A stretch of DNA of 24,000 nucleotides from an uncultured archaeon (lineage in GTDB: Archaea > Thermoproteota > Nitrososphaeria > Nitrososphaerales > Gagatemarchaeaceae). Shown in pieces: positions 1 through 8,011 of the stretch. A model generated the notes under the pieces. That model was not told the origin of the DNA and made no database searches. It worked only from the letters and a program-made list of their open reading frames with translations. Position 1 is the stretch's first letter; each line of letters begins with the position of its first letter. A program made the position numbers and the translations under genes. The DNA lies in contig CAWFOU010000008.1 of NCBI GenBank assembly GCA_963817525.1, positions 48,669 through 72,668 of the forward strand. The letters are read 5' to 3'.

Positions 1-391
1 GTATCCCGACCTTGTCCAGCTCGTGGGTGAACTCTATCTCGTCCGACGTGAGGGACTTGGCCTTTACTATCAGCTTCGCGTCGACCCTCTTGGAGAGCTC
101 CTCGACGTAGCGCATAGCGTCGGCACCGGTCTTGGCGAGGAAGACCTGTCCGCCGTTCTTCCGGACGTTCTCGGCGAACTCCTCGACGAGCCGCGGGTTC
201 GCGACCGCTCTAGTCTTCAGGGCCTTGTTCGACTCCTTGATGGCGTGGATGTCGAGCTGCTTCTCCTTGGCGAGGAGGGCCGCCCTGTTTGCCCTGGCCT
301 TTGTCATCGAGTTCCAGAACTTCTCCGAGGACTCCTTGTCGTTGAGCGAGCGCTTGAGCTTGTCAAGCAGCGCCTGCCTGCTGCTGGTCAT
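1..391 (-). CDS. LutB-like LUD-domain protein, N-terminal 130 aa only (continues past window start)
   Basis: Hand translation of the minus strand from ATG 391-389 stays open to position 1: MTSSRQALLDKLKRSLNDKESSEKFWNSMTKARANRAALLAKEKQLDIHAIKESN...NGGQVFLAKTGADAMRYVEELSKRVDAKLIVKAKSLTSDEIEFTHELDKVGI. The GG-V-x-A and K-x-KS-x-[ST]-x-E-I pattern resembles LutB/YkgF N-termini. ATGA start/stop overlap with the upstream LUD gene. Absent from the ORF track because it has no in-window stop. Confidence 0.55.
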   Translation of the reverse strand, partial: MTSSRQALLDKLKRSLNDKESSEKFWNSMTKARANRAALLAKEKQLDIHAIKESNKALKTRAVANPRLVEEFAENVRKNGGQVFLAKTGADAMRYVEELSKRVDAKLIVKAKSLTSDEIEFTHELDKVGI

Positions 392-1029
392 CTCCCCCCT
401 GCCCCCCCTTGCCAGTCGAGGATGATGGCGTGGATCGTGTGAGGCCCGTGCACACCGTAGAGGAGCCTCATCTCGATGTCCCCAGTCTTGCTCGGGCCTG
501 AGATGAAGGAGACGATGGGCTTCCTGGAGCCGGGCGACGCCTTGACCAGCTCCCCGACCATTGGGAGCGCCTCGGCGAGGTCTCGGAGGATGCTGGAGCG
601 CTCCAGCAGCGCGACGTGGATTATCGGGAGCGAGGAGGCGAGCTTTGCCGAGTCATCGTAGACCACCTCGAGCATGGCCCCCTCGAGCGCCACCCCGTTG
701 ACGGCCCACGTCACCCCGGCGTCAGCGGCGGCGAGCACCCCGACCGCCTCGCTGGGCCGCCCGTTCTGGAGGTCTTCGACGTAGTCCGCCTTCAGGCCGG
801 TGAGCGCGGCGCCGACCGCCTCGGCGTATTGGGGTGGCACCCCCGCCACCACGACGGACTTGCAGCCCGCCTTTGACAGGATGGTGCGCAGCGCCTCGGC
901 GGTCTCGGCCTCGTCCTTGGCCATGTGGGGCTCGACGTGAAGGTCCCGCAGAGAGCTAAGAAACTTCTGGACGACCTCGGCCGCGGGTCCGCTCTGCGCC
1001 CCGGTTGGTCTCTCCATTTGTTGGCGCAC
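388..1029 (-). CDS. LUD-domain protein (LutC/YkgG-like)
   Basis: 213-aa ORF with strong GC3 bias. It has the LUD/DUF162-type layout (...AGVTWAVNGVALEGAMLEV...IHVALLERSSILRDL...SFISGPSKTGDIE...GPHTIHAIIL). Translationally coupled to the downstream LutB-like gene. TATA-like TTTAAA (1047-1052) lies just upstream. Confidence 0.65.
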   Translation of the reverse strand: MRQQMERPTGAQSGPAAEVVQKFLSSLRDLHVEPHMAKDEAETAEALRTILSKAGCKSVVVAGVPPQYAEAVGAALTGLKADYVEDLQNGRPSEAVGVLAAADAGVTWAVNGVALEGAMLEVVYDDSAKLASSLPIIHVALLERSSILRDLAEALPMVGELVKASPGSRKPIVSFISGPSKTGDIEMRLLYGVHGPHTIHAIILDWQGGAGGR

Positions 1030-1123
1030 TCGCCGGCGCGCGGCGCTTTAAATGCGCCGCGGTCGAGCTTTCGGCAGGTGTCGTCCGGGCGTTTGAGGCT
1101 TCGTCGCAATATTCATAAACGCC

Positions 1124-1615
1124 GTGAAACGACCGAATATTCTCGTGAGCAAGAGACTAAACACTCAGAAGTACGCTGTGAGCATGCCGGAATTATGGAA
1201 CAACTCTGAGATGCTCATGAGCGAGGTTCCCGCGCTCCTAAAGGCCGCGGAGAACACCTCCTATGAGGGAAGGACGTTCACCTACGCGAGGGGAGGCCCC
1301 GGTGGGGTGCTCGCCTTCAGGGAGGCCTCGGAAAAGTCTTGGATAGCGCTATCACAGGTGACCGACATCCTGGTCGAGAAGCTCCTTCACAAGGTCCCGA
1401 AGGGATCCTACGAGCGCAGGCTGGCCCTCAGGGAGATAGAGGCAAAGTGGCCAGAGGTCGCCTCGAACCGCTTCTACGACCGGTACGCGGCGCTGACCAG
1501 CTACCTGAGGAACAACCAGGTCTACCTGACCGCGCTCGACCTCGAGATGTTGAGGTTCGAGGTCGGCAGGCTCAACGTCTACATCACCGACGTCAAGGGC
1601 GTCATCTCAAAGTAA
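1124..1615 (+). CDS. Hypothetical protein, PaREP1/HEPN-like helical domain (tentative)
   Basis: ORF with host-like codon bias. The segment FREASEKSWIALSQVTDILVEKLL...YDRYAALTSYLRNNQVY resembles the A-S-E-K-x-W-x-A core I recall from archaeal PaREP1 proteins. The track start is GTG 1124; ATG 1184 (MPELWNN) is an alternative. Confidence 0.45.
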   Translation: MKRPNILVSKRLNTQKYAVSMPELWNNSEMLMSEVPALLKAAENTSYEGRTFTYARGGPGGVLAFREASEKSWIALSQVTDILVEKLLHKVPKGSYERRLALREIEAKWPEVASNRFYDRYAALTSYLRNNQVYLTALDLEMLRFEVGRLNVYITDVKGVISK

Positions 1616-1741
1616 CACGAGCGTCGCGACCTGAGCGGGATGGTATTTTTCGAGCCAGCGAGAGCTAGGGTAGATGGCGAACCCCCGTCACGCGATGCAG
1701 AACCTCCGCTAGGATTAGGTGCTATAGTTCTCTAGATTTCC

Positions 1742-2425
1742 TTAGACGGTCAGCGAAGGCTTTTCCTTCTTCGCCTTGTTCCAGTCGTCGAGGAAGCGCT
1801 TGAGGCCGATGTCGGTCAGCGGGTGCAGGAACATCTTCTCCATGACGTCAGCAGGCATCGTGCCGATGTCAGCCCCCAGCTTGGCGGCCTCGAGCACGTG
1901 GATCGGGTGTCTGATGCTGGCCACTAGGATCTCGGTCTTGAACTTGTACGTCGGGCTGTTCTTTATCTCGACGAGGTCACTGATCAAGGCCATACCGTCT
2001 TGGCCGATGTCGTCCAGCCTGCCGATGAACGGGCTGATGTAGGACGCTCCGGCCTTCATGGCGATTAGCCCCTGGACGGCTGAGAAGATCAGCGTCACGT
2101 TGATCGGTATTCCCAGCGAGCTGAGGGTCTTCGTCGCCTTCATCCCCTCGGGGATCATCGGGATCTTTACGACCACGTTCTCCGCCCAGGACTTGTTGCG
2201 CTTGCCCTCCGCCACCATTCCATCGTAGTCGGTGGAGATGACCTCGGCGCTCACCGGGTGGGGGTAGACCTCCTTGGCGATGGCCTTGATGGTCTCCTCG
2301 AAGTCGGCGCCTTCCTTGACGATCAGCGAGGGGTTGGTCGTGATGCCGTCGACGAGGCCCATCGCGTTGTACTTCTTGATCGAAGCAAGGTTCGCAGTGT
2401 CGAGATAGAACTTCAATTCGAGCAC
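1742..2425 (-). CDS. tal: Transaldolase / fructose-6-phosphate aldolase family (short type)
   Basis: Motifs FYLDTANLASIKK, GITTNPSL, VVVKIP (Schiff-base Lys context) and TLIFS. Last gene of the pentose-phosphate operon. The start is GTG 2425; TTG 2416 (giving MKFYLDTAN) is also possible. Confidence 0.9.
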   Translation of the reverse strand: MLELKFYLDTANLASIKKYNAMGLVDGITTNPSLIVKEGADFEETIKAIAKEVYPHPVSAEVISTDYDGMVAEGKRNKSWAENVVVKIPMIPEGMKATKTLSSLGIPINVTLIFSAVQGLIAMKAGASYISPFIGRLDDIGQDGMALISDLVEIKNSPTYKFKTEILVASIRHPIHVLEAAKLGADIGTMPADVMEKMFLHPLTDIGLKRFLDDWNKAKKEKPSLTV

Positions 2426-2463
2426 ACTTCCCAGATTTTTCTAATAAAGCTATCGGCGTTCGG

Positions 2464-3423
2464 CTACCGCTTCATCGCGATGGCCTGTCGGGCGGCTTCC
2501 TCGATGTGGGCGGCTGTAAGGCCGTACTTGTTGAGGAGCTCCTGGGCCTCGCCGCTCTCGCCGAAGGTGTCGTTGACGCCCACCCTCTTGAGAGGTATCG
2601 GATACTGGTCGGTTAGGACCTCTGCGACAGCGGAGCCCATCCCTCCCATGACGTTGTGCTCCTCCGCGCTGACCGCCGCGCCGCACTTTCTCGCGTATTT
2701 TAGTATCGTCTCTTGGTCGATCGGCTTTACCGTGTGGATGTCGATCACGCTCGCCTGGATGCCCTTGGTCGCCAGCGACTCTGCCGCCCTCACCGCTTCC
2801 GGGAGCATTATGCCGCAGCCGAAGAGCGCGACGTCGCTCCCCTCCCTGACGACGTTGGCCTGGCCTAGCTTGTACTCGAAGCCGCCCTCGTAGACGATGG
2901 GGGTGTTGGAGCCCTTGATCACTCCCCTGGTTATCCTGACGTAGAACGGGCCGGGGATGTCCGCGATGGCCTTGATTATCGCTTTGACCGCGACGGCGTC
3001 CCCAGGGACGACGACGCGCATGTGGGGCACCACCCTCATGAGGGCGATGTCCTCGACCTGCTCGTGCGAGCCTCCGTCAGGCCCGACGGTGATCCCTGCG
3101 TGAGAGCAAACCAGCTTGACGTCGAGGTCGGCATAGCAAAGCATGTTTCGTATCTGGTCGACGCACTTGCCGGGAATGAAGATCGCGTAGGTCCCCGCGA
3201 AGGCGACCTTCCCCCCGAACGCGAGGCCCGCGGCCACACCGACGAGGTTCTGCTCGGCGATCCCGAGGTTGAAGAACCGGTCTGGGTACTTGGCCCCGAA
3301 CATCCCCGACTTCATGGACTCTGTGGTGTCCGCTCCGAGCACGACGATGCGAGGGTTGCTCGCTCCTAGCTCTACCAGCGCTTCGCCGTAGGCGTTGCGC
3401 ATCGCTCCCATCTTCTCTAGCAT
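2464..3423 (-). CDS. Transketolase, C-terminal (pyrimidine-binding) subunit
   Basis: 319 aa with MRNAYGEALVELG, IAEQNLVGVAAGLA and SHAGITVGPDGGSHE motifs of the split transketolase C-terminal half. Confidence 0.9.
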   Translation of the reverse strand: MLEKMGAMRNAYGEALVELGASNPRIVVLGADTTESMKSGMFGAKYPDRFFNLGIAEQNLVGVAAGLAFGGKVAFAGTYAIFIPGKCVDQIRNMLCYADLDVKLVCSHAGITVGPDGGSHEQVEDIALMRVVPHMRVVVPGDAVAVKAIIKAIADIPGPFYVRITRGVIKGSNTPIVYEGGFEYKLGQANVVREGSDVALFGCGIMLPEAVRAAESLATKGIQASVIDIHTVKPIDQETILKYARKCGAAVSAEEHNVMGGMGSAVAEVLTDQYPIPLKRVGVNDTFGESGEAQELLNKYGLTAAHIEEAARQAIAMKR

Positions 3424-3424
3424 C

Positions 3425-4147
3425 TTAAATCGCCCTCCCTCCGGCTTCCTGTCTGGCCTTTTCCCTGAGTAACCCGACCGCCTTTATCGGGTCGGGCTTG
3501 TAGTAGACTCCTGCTCCCGCGACCAGCACGTTACCGCCGCGCTTCACCACGTGCCCCAGGGTCTCCAGCTCGACCCCGCCGTCTATCTCGATGTCGATGG
3601 GGAGGCCCTTGTCGTTGAGCATCTGGGTTATCTTCTCGAGCTTGGGCAGGACCTCCATTATCATGGTCTGCCCGCTGAAGCCCGGGTTGACGGTCATCAC
3701 GCACAGCGTGTCGAGCTTGTCCAGCCTCTGCTCGACCCAAGCTGGCATGTCGGTGGCGGGTTTGAGGGCGAGCCCCATCACCTTGCCCTTCGCGTGGACC
3801 TTGGAGTAGATCGCGTCGAAGCGCTCGCCCGTGAGCGCCTCCGCGTGGAAGCAGAAAAGGTCCGAGCCGGCGTCCAGGAACTTGTCGACGAACTTCTCCG
3901 GCTCGTCGATCATCAGGTGGGTGTCGAACTTCATGTCGGTCTTCTTCCTCAGGGCCTTTACCGTGCCAGGCCCGAAGGTGATGTTGGGCGCGAAGTGGCC
4001 GTCAATCACGTCGAGGTGCACCTGGTCAGCCCCGCCCTTGACCGCGACCTCGAGCGCGGCAGCGAAGTTGGACTGGTCCCCGCCCAGGATGGAGGGGGCA
4101 ATCTTGATCTTCCGCTTTATCGTCTCGAGTGGCATCGTCTTTTCCAC
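3425..4147 (-). CDS. rpe: Ribulose-phosphate 3-epimerase
   Basis: Motifs IAPSILGGD, HLDVIDGHFAPN, THLM, MTVNPGFSGQ and IEIDGG. A 1-nt gap separates it from the downstream gene, and it abuts the upstream stop. Confidence 0.9.
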   Translation of the reverse strand: MEKTMPLETIKRKIKIAPSILGGDQSNFAAALEVAVKGGADQVHLDVIDGHFAPNITFGPGTVKALRKKTDMKFDTHLMIDEPEKFVDKFLDAGSDLFCFHAEALTGERFDAIYSKVHAKGKVMGLALKPATDMPAWVEQRLDKLDTLCVMTVNPGFSGQTMIMEVLPKLEKITQMLNDKGLPIDIEIDGGVELETLGHVVKRGGNVLVAGAGVYYKPDPIKAVGLLREKARQEAGGRAI

Positions 4148-4972
4148 CTACTTCAGCTCCTTGTAGATGTCTTCCATCTTTTCCTTGGTGGGCGCCGTGC
4201 CGTGGTAGGTGGGCGACCACTCCATGAAAGAGATGCCCTTGCCCTTTACGGTGTGGGCGATGATCATCGTGGGCCTGTTCTTCACCATCTCCGCCGTGTC
4301 GAAGGCCTCTATCAGCTGCAGATAGTCGTAGCCGTCGACCTCTATGACGTTCCAGTTGAAGGCGCGCCACTTGGCCGCAAGCGGCTCGAGAGGCATGATC
4401 TGCTCGGTGAGGCCGTCCTGCTGGATGCCGTTCCTGTCGATCATGCCCACGAGGTTGTCGAGCTTGAACTTCGAGGCCGACATCGCAGCCTCCCAGACCT
4501 CGCCCTCGCCCTGCTCCCCGTCTCCCATCAGGACGTAGGTCCTGGTGGGCCTCCCGTCGAGCCTCGCCGCGAGGGACTGTCCCACTCCCACGGAGAGCCC
4601 GATCCCCTCGGAGCCCGCGGGCATCTCAACCCCGGGGATGTCCATGTCTGGGTGCCCTTGGAGGAGCGCCCCGAGCTTCCTCAGGGACTTTAGTTCGGAC
4701 ATGGGGAAGTATCCGGCCTGCCCGAGGATAGAGTAGAGCAGCGGGGCCCCGTGTCCCTTGCTGAGGATGAACCTGTCCCTGTCAGGCCACTTTGGGTTCT
4801 TGGGGTCGTGCCTGAGCTTGTAGAAGTACAGGGTGACCAGAAGCTCCACCGCGGAGAGGGAGCCTCCCGGGTGCCCTGATCCTGCCTCCGCGAGGGTCTC
4901 CAATATCACCTTGCGGGTGTTGCGCGAGATGTCCTGAAGCCTAGTGATTTCCTGCGAAGTAGCCATTCCCAT
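4148..4972 (-). CDS. Transketolase, N-terminal (TPP-binding) subunit
   Basis: 274 aa with SGHPGGSLS, ILSKGHGAP and GDGEQGEGEVWEA (GDG..EG TPP/metal motif). Matches the split transketolase N-terminal half. Confidence 0.9.
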   Translation of the reverse strand: MGMATSQEITRLQDISRNTRKVILETLAEAGSGHPGGSLSAVELLVTLYFYKLRHDPKNPKWPDRDRFILSKGHGAPLLYSILGQAGYFPMSELKSLRKLGALLQGHPDMDIPGVEMPAGSEGIGLSVGVGQSLAARLDGRPTRTYVLMGDGEQGEGEVWEAAMSASKFKLDNLVGMIDRNGIQQDGLTEQIMPLEPLAAKWRAFNWNVIEVDGYDYLQLIEAFDTAEMVKNRPTMIIAHTVKGKGISFMEWSPTYHGTAPTKEKMEDIYKELK

Positions 4973-4974
4973 CT

Positions 4975-6021
4975 CTATCGCCTCACCGGCATCTGGGAGA
5001 CGCGGCTGAGGAAGTCACCCATCGACTCTAGCCGTTTTTCCAAGTCCTCTATCGTCAGCGTCGACGTCCTGGGCTTCTCGCTCCGGACCGTCCCCGCGAT
5101 GTTGCTGAGGCAGGCGGCCTCCGTCGCCGTGCCCCCTGCGGCCACCGCGAGGGAGAAGACCCCGGTCATAACGTCCCTCACGCCGACCTTGTTGAAGAAG
5201 CTCTTCCTGCCGAATGGGAGCGGAAGCGTGGTTATCTGGTCGCGGTCGAAGACGGTCATCCCCTCCTCTCCGCGCGTGATCACGATCCCCTTGCAATCGA
5301 GCCTCCCCAAGAGGTTCACGCCCATGTTCCTGAGGCTGGTCTCGTTCACCATCGCCATCTGGGTGGCGTGGGTGGCCTCGCTGAGGTTCGACTTTAGGTA
5401 AGTCACGCCGCTGTAGTCCATGTAGTGCCTGTCCTTCGGCTGGGCGACCACGATCTTGCCCGCCTTCCTGGCGGCCGCGACCACGGAGCTGATTAGCGAG
5501 GAGGTGACGACTCCCCTGTCGTAGTCCGAAAAGACCACCGTGTCCACGTTGGGGATCTTTCCCTCGGCCGCCGTGGCCAGGGACTTCGTTATCGGGAGCG
5601 CGACCTCCTTCCTGACCTCCTGGTCGATGCGCAGATAGTGCAGCCTGTTGACCATGATCCACGTACGGAGAGAGCTGGGCCTGGTCTTGTCGACCACGAT
5701 CCCCTCCACGCTGACCCCGTTCCTTGCGAGGTCATCCTTCAGCCAGACGCCATAGTTGTCGTCGCCGACCATCCCTATGACGGAGACCTGCCCGCCGAGC
5801 GACGCGACCTCGTTGGCCAGGTTGGCAGCCCCGCCGGGGAGAAGCGTCTCGCCGACATAGTCTGCCGCAGGCACAGGGGCTTCTCGCGCGAGCTTCCTCG
5901 CCGAGACCTCCACGAACCTGCTCACGAGGAAGTCGCCGAGGACTAGCATGCGGCTGCCTTGGAATTTCTTGAGGAGTCCGTTCAATCCTTCATAGGAAAG
6001 ACCCGGCAAGTCCTGAACCAC
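4975..6021 (-). CDS. PfkB/ribokinase-superfamily sugar-phosphate kinase, RfaE/HldE domain-I-like
   Basis: Collinear with the heptose-7-P kinase domain as I recall it. Shared segments are MLVLGDFLVSRF..REAPVP..LPGGAANLANEVASLGGQVSVIGMVGDD, VVFSDYDRG, NLSEA and ITRGEEGM. The signature DxTGAGD reads NKVGVRD. GTG start at 6021. First gene of the PPP operon. Confidence 0.8.
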   Translation of the reverse strand: MVQDLPGLSYEGLNGLLKKFQGSRMLVLGDFLVSRFVEVSARKLAREAPVPAADYVGETLLPGGAANLANEVASLGGQVSVIGMVGDDNYGVWLKDDLARNGVSVEGIVVDKTRPSSLRTWIMVNRLHYLRIDQEVRKEVALPITKSLATAAEGKIPNVDTVVFSDYDRGVVTSSLISSVVAAARKAGKIVVAQPKDRHYMDYSGVTYLKSNLSEATHATQMAMVNETSLRNMGVNLLGRLDCKGIVITRGEEGMTVFDRDQITTLPLPFGRKSFFNKVGVRDVMTGVFSLAVAAGGTATEAACLSNIAGTVRSEKPRTSTLTIEDLEKRLESMGDFLSRVSQMPVRR

Positions 6022-6173
6022 GGGGCGCCAAATTGCAGGCCTGTTTTAAGCTTAACGAAGCGGAGCCCTGCCAGCCGCGTCCCTCCGCGGGACTCTGTCT
6101 TTTTTTGGCCCGCTGAATTGGTTCGACTGCTGTCGTTTGTCGGACGTTTCAAATCGCTTCACGACGATGAAAA

Positions 6174-6182
6174 CATAAATAA
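6174..6182 (+). promoter_or_regulatory. TATA-box-like element upstream of rbcL
   Basis: CATAAATAA is centred about 33 nt upstream of ATG 6211, in the AT-rich divergent intergenic region. The spacing fits a short-leader or leaderless archaeal transcript. Confidence 0.4.
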
Positions 6183-6210
6183 CCTATGACGCGACGAAAA
6201 AAGGGTTTAC

Positions 6211-7638
6211 ATGACAACAGAAGCCATGGTTGAAAGGAGATGGAGCGCCCCGAGCGTAGAGCACGACAGAGGGGACATATTCTCCACCACTCCCGACAAG
6301 GTAGACGTCGACAAGAACGTTCTGGCGACATTTTTCATCACGTGCGACCCTAGGGTCACCATCGACCAGGCCGGAGTCATCATCGCGGCGGAGCAGTCCG
6401 TAGGCACGTTCACGGACGTCTCTACGGCGACGGACCTCTCCACGAAGACAGCGGCCAAGATGTACTCTTACAAGTACGAAGACCCGTCAGGCGCGATGAA
6501 GCACTCGGGCTGGGTCAAGGTCGCGTTCCCGACCTTCCTCCTCGACCTGGACAACAGGGGGATCCCCGACCTGTTCACCTTCGTGACAGGAAACTGGATG
6601 GGTTTCACCCCGATTCCAAACTGCAAGTGGATAGATTTCACCCTCCCCAAGGACGTCTTGAAGCTCTTCAAAGGGCCAAAGTTTGGCGTCGAGGGCCTGA
6701 GGGAGATCGTCGGCACAACGAAGAGCCGGCGCCCCCACGTGGGGATCACAATCAAGCCCAAGATGGGCGTGACCGACCAGGGAGCAGCCCAGCAGTTCTA
6801 CGACGCAGCGATGGGCGGCGTCGACACCTTCAAGGACGATGAGACCTACTTCAACCAATGGTGCTCGCCGCTCCTCGACAGGGTCGCCAAGGTCTACGAG
6901 GCGCTCGACAAAGCCAAGTCGGAGGGCGCCCACCCAGGGGGCGAGTACATGTACGCGCCTCAGGTCACGGTGGACTCTGAAAAGTCGCTCGAGGTCGCGG
7001 ACAAGATGATCGCGCACGGTGCCAGGGGCCTGATGCTCAACATCATGGCGGCCTGGTACCCCGCGCTAAGGGCCCTCGCGGAGGACCCGAGCATCAACGT
7101 CCCGATCCACCTCCACAGGGCGTCGCACGCCTCCCTCACCCGCCACCCGAGGCATGGGATCAGCTTCAAGGTCATCGCCGGGCTGGGCAGGGTCGCTGGC
7201 GGGGACATGATCCACGTAGGGACCGCCAGAGGCAAGCTGGGAGACGCGATAAAGTTCGTCGAGATCCCCGAGATCATGGACGAGATGCAGCGCCCGAACG
7301 GGCACCTAAAGCCCATGATGGGCGTCGCCTCGGGAGGGCTCACGCCGAACAACTACCATTACTCCATAGACTTGATGGGCTTGGACATCCAGCTCCAGAA
7401 CGGGGGCGCGGTCCACGGGCACCCGTGGGGCACCAAGGCGGGCGCTACCGCTGCTAGGCAGGCAGTCGATGCGTACATGAAGAAGATCCCCCTTGAGGAG
7501 TACGCCAAGACCCACGCAGAGCTAGAGGCCTCTCTCCAGTTCTTCGGGCAAAAGTACGCCGTCGCGTCCGCGATGACCGTCGTACCAGAGCTCGGCAAGA
7601 AGGAGAGCGACTATAAGCACATGTTCCGCTCGGAGTAG
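6211..7638 (+). CDS. rbcL: RuBisCO large subunit, form III-like (bona fide carboxylase residues present)
   Basis: Motifs read directly: AAEQSVGTF (E60/T65), GNWMGF (N123), ITIKPKMG (T173/K175/K177), GGVDTFKDDE (K201/D203/E204), IHLHRASH (H294/R295/H298), MIHVGTARGKL (H327/K334), VASGG (S379-G381) and NGGAVHGHPWG. No small-subunit gene is nearby. Confidence 0.9.
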   Translation: MTTEAMVERRWSAPSVEHDRGDIFSTTPDKVDVDKNVLATFFITCDPRVTIDQAGVIIAAEQSVGTFTDVSTATDLSTKTAAKMYSYKYEDPSGAMKHSGWVKVAFPTFLLDLDNRGIPDLFTFVTGNWMGFTPIPNCKWIDFTLPKDVLKLFKGPKFGVEGLREIVGTTKSRRPHVGITIKPKMGVTDQGAAQQFYDAAMGGVDTFKDDETYFNQWCSPLLDRVAKVYEALDKAKSEGAHPGGEYMYAPQVTVDSEKSLEVADKMIAHGARGLMLNIMAAWYPALRALAEDPSINVPIHLHRASHASLTRHPRHGISFKVIAGLGRVAGGDMIHVGTARGKLGDAIKFVEIPEIMDEMQRPNGHLKPMMGVASGGLTPNNYHYSIDLMGLDIQLQNGGAVHGHPWGTKAGATAARQAVDAYMKKIPLEEYAKTHAELEASLQFFGQKYAVASAMTVVPELGKKESDYKHMFRSE

Positions 7639-7654
7639 AAAAGGGGCGATAAGA

Positions 7655-7825
7655 ATGAAGAACCACACAAAGGGCGACATCTTCTGCGAGTGCGGCGCGT
7701 GCCCCCACGACAACGCGCTCCAGTGCGCGGACTATGGGTGCACCTGCTGCATCGCGGGGATGTCGGGCAAGCCGTACGAGCTCCACTACCTCAAGAGCGT
7801 CGGCCCGCCCGCCACCAACTTCTGA
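7655..7825 (+). CDS. Small cysteine-rich protein (56 aa), below the ORF-track cutoff
   Basis: Hand translation: MKNHTKGDIFCECGACPHDNALQCADYGCTCCIAGMSGKPYELHYLKSVGPPATNF. 53 of the 55 codons after ATG end in G/C, matching the host coding bias. GGGG lies 8 nt upstream of ATG. The ORF starts 16 nt after the rbcL stop and is followed by a hairpin plus T6. Confidence 0.6.
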   Translation: MKNHTKGDIFCECGACPHDNALQCADYGCTCCIAGMSGKPYELHYLKSVGPPATNF

Positions 7826-7838
7826 GACGTACCGAATC

Positions 7839-7871
7839 GGGCCCAGTCTGGGCTCTCCTTCTCCATTTTTT
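7839..7871 (+). terminator. Hairpin plus oligo-T terminator candidate after rbcL and the small ORF
   Basis: GGGCCC-AGTCT-GGGCTC hairpin (7839-7855), followed by TTTTTT at 7866-7871. Confidence 0.5.
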
Positions 7872-8011
7872 AGAATCCCAATCAGATGCCGTGCTGGACC
7901 TTCGTAGAAAGTCGCCTGCTTTGCAAAGCCACCGAAGGCGGTCGCACACGGGACAGAGCCCCGGCTACGGGCTGAGAAACAGGTGCGCCTGCTTCGGCTG
8001 CGAGGGGGGCG

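Noticed and set aside
3551-4693. Long antisense ORFs opposite real genes (3551-4693, 8772-9734, 12729-13775, 13523-14653, 18252-19283 and others)
   Set aside because: These are typical shadow ORFs of a GC3-rich genome. The products are Arg/Gly/Pro/His-rich with no motifs, and each lies fully opposite a gene with clear family signatures.
6211-7638. RuBisCO-like protein (form IV, non-carboxylating)
   Set aside because: All carbamylation, metal-binding and RuBP-binding residues are present, so a true RuBisCO is the better call.
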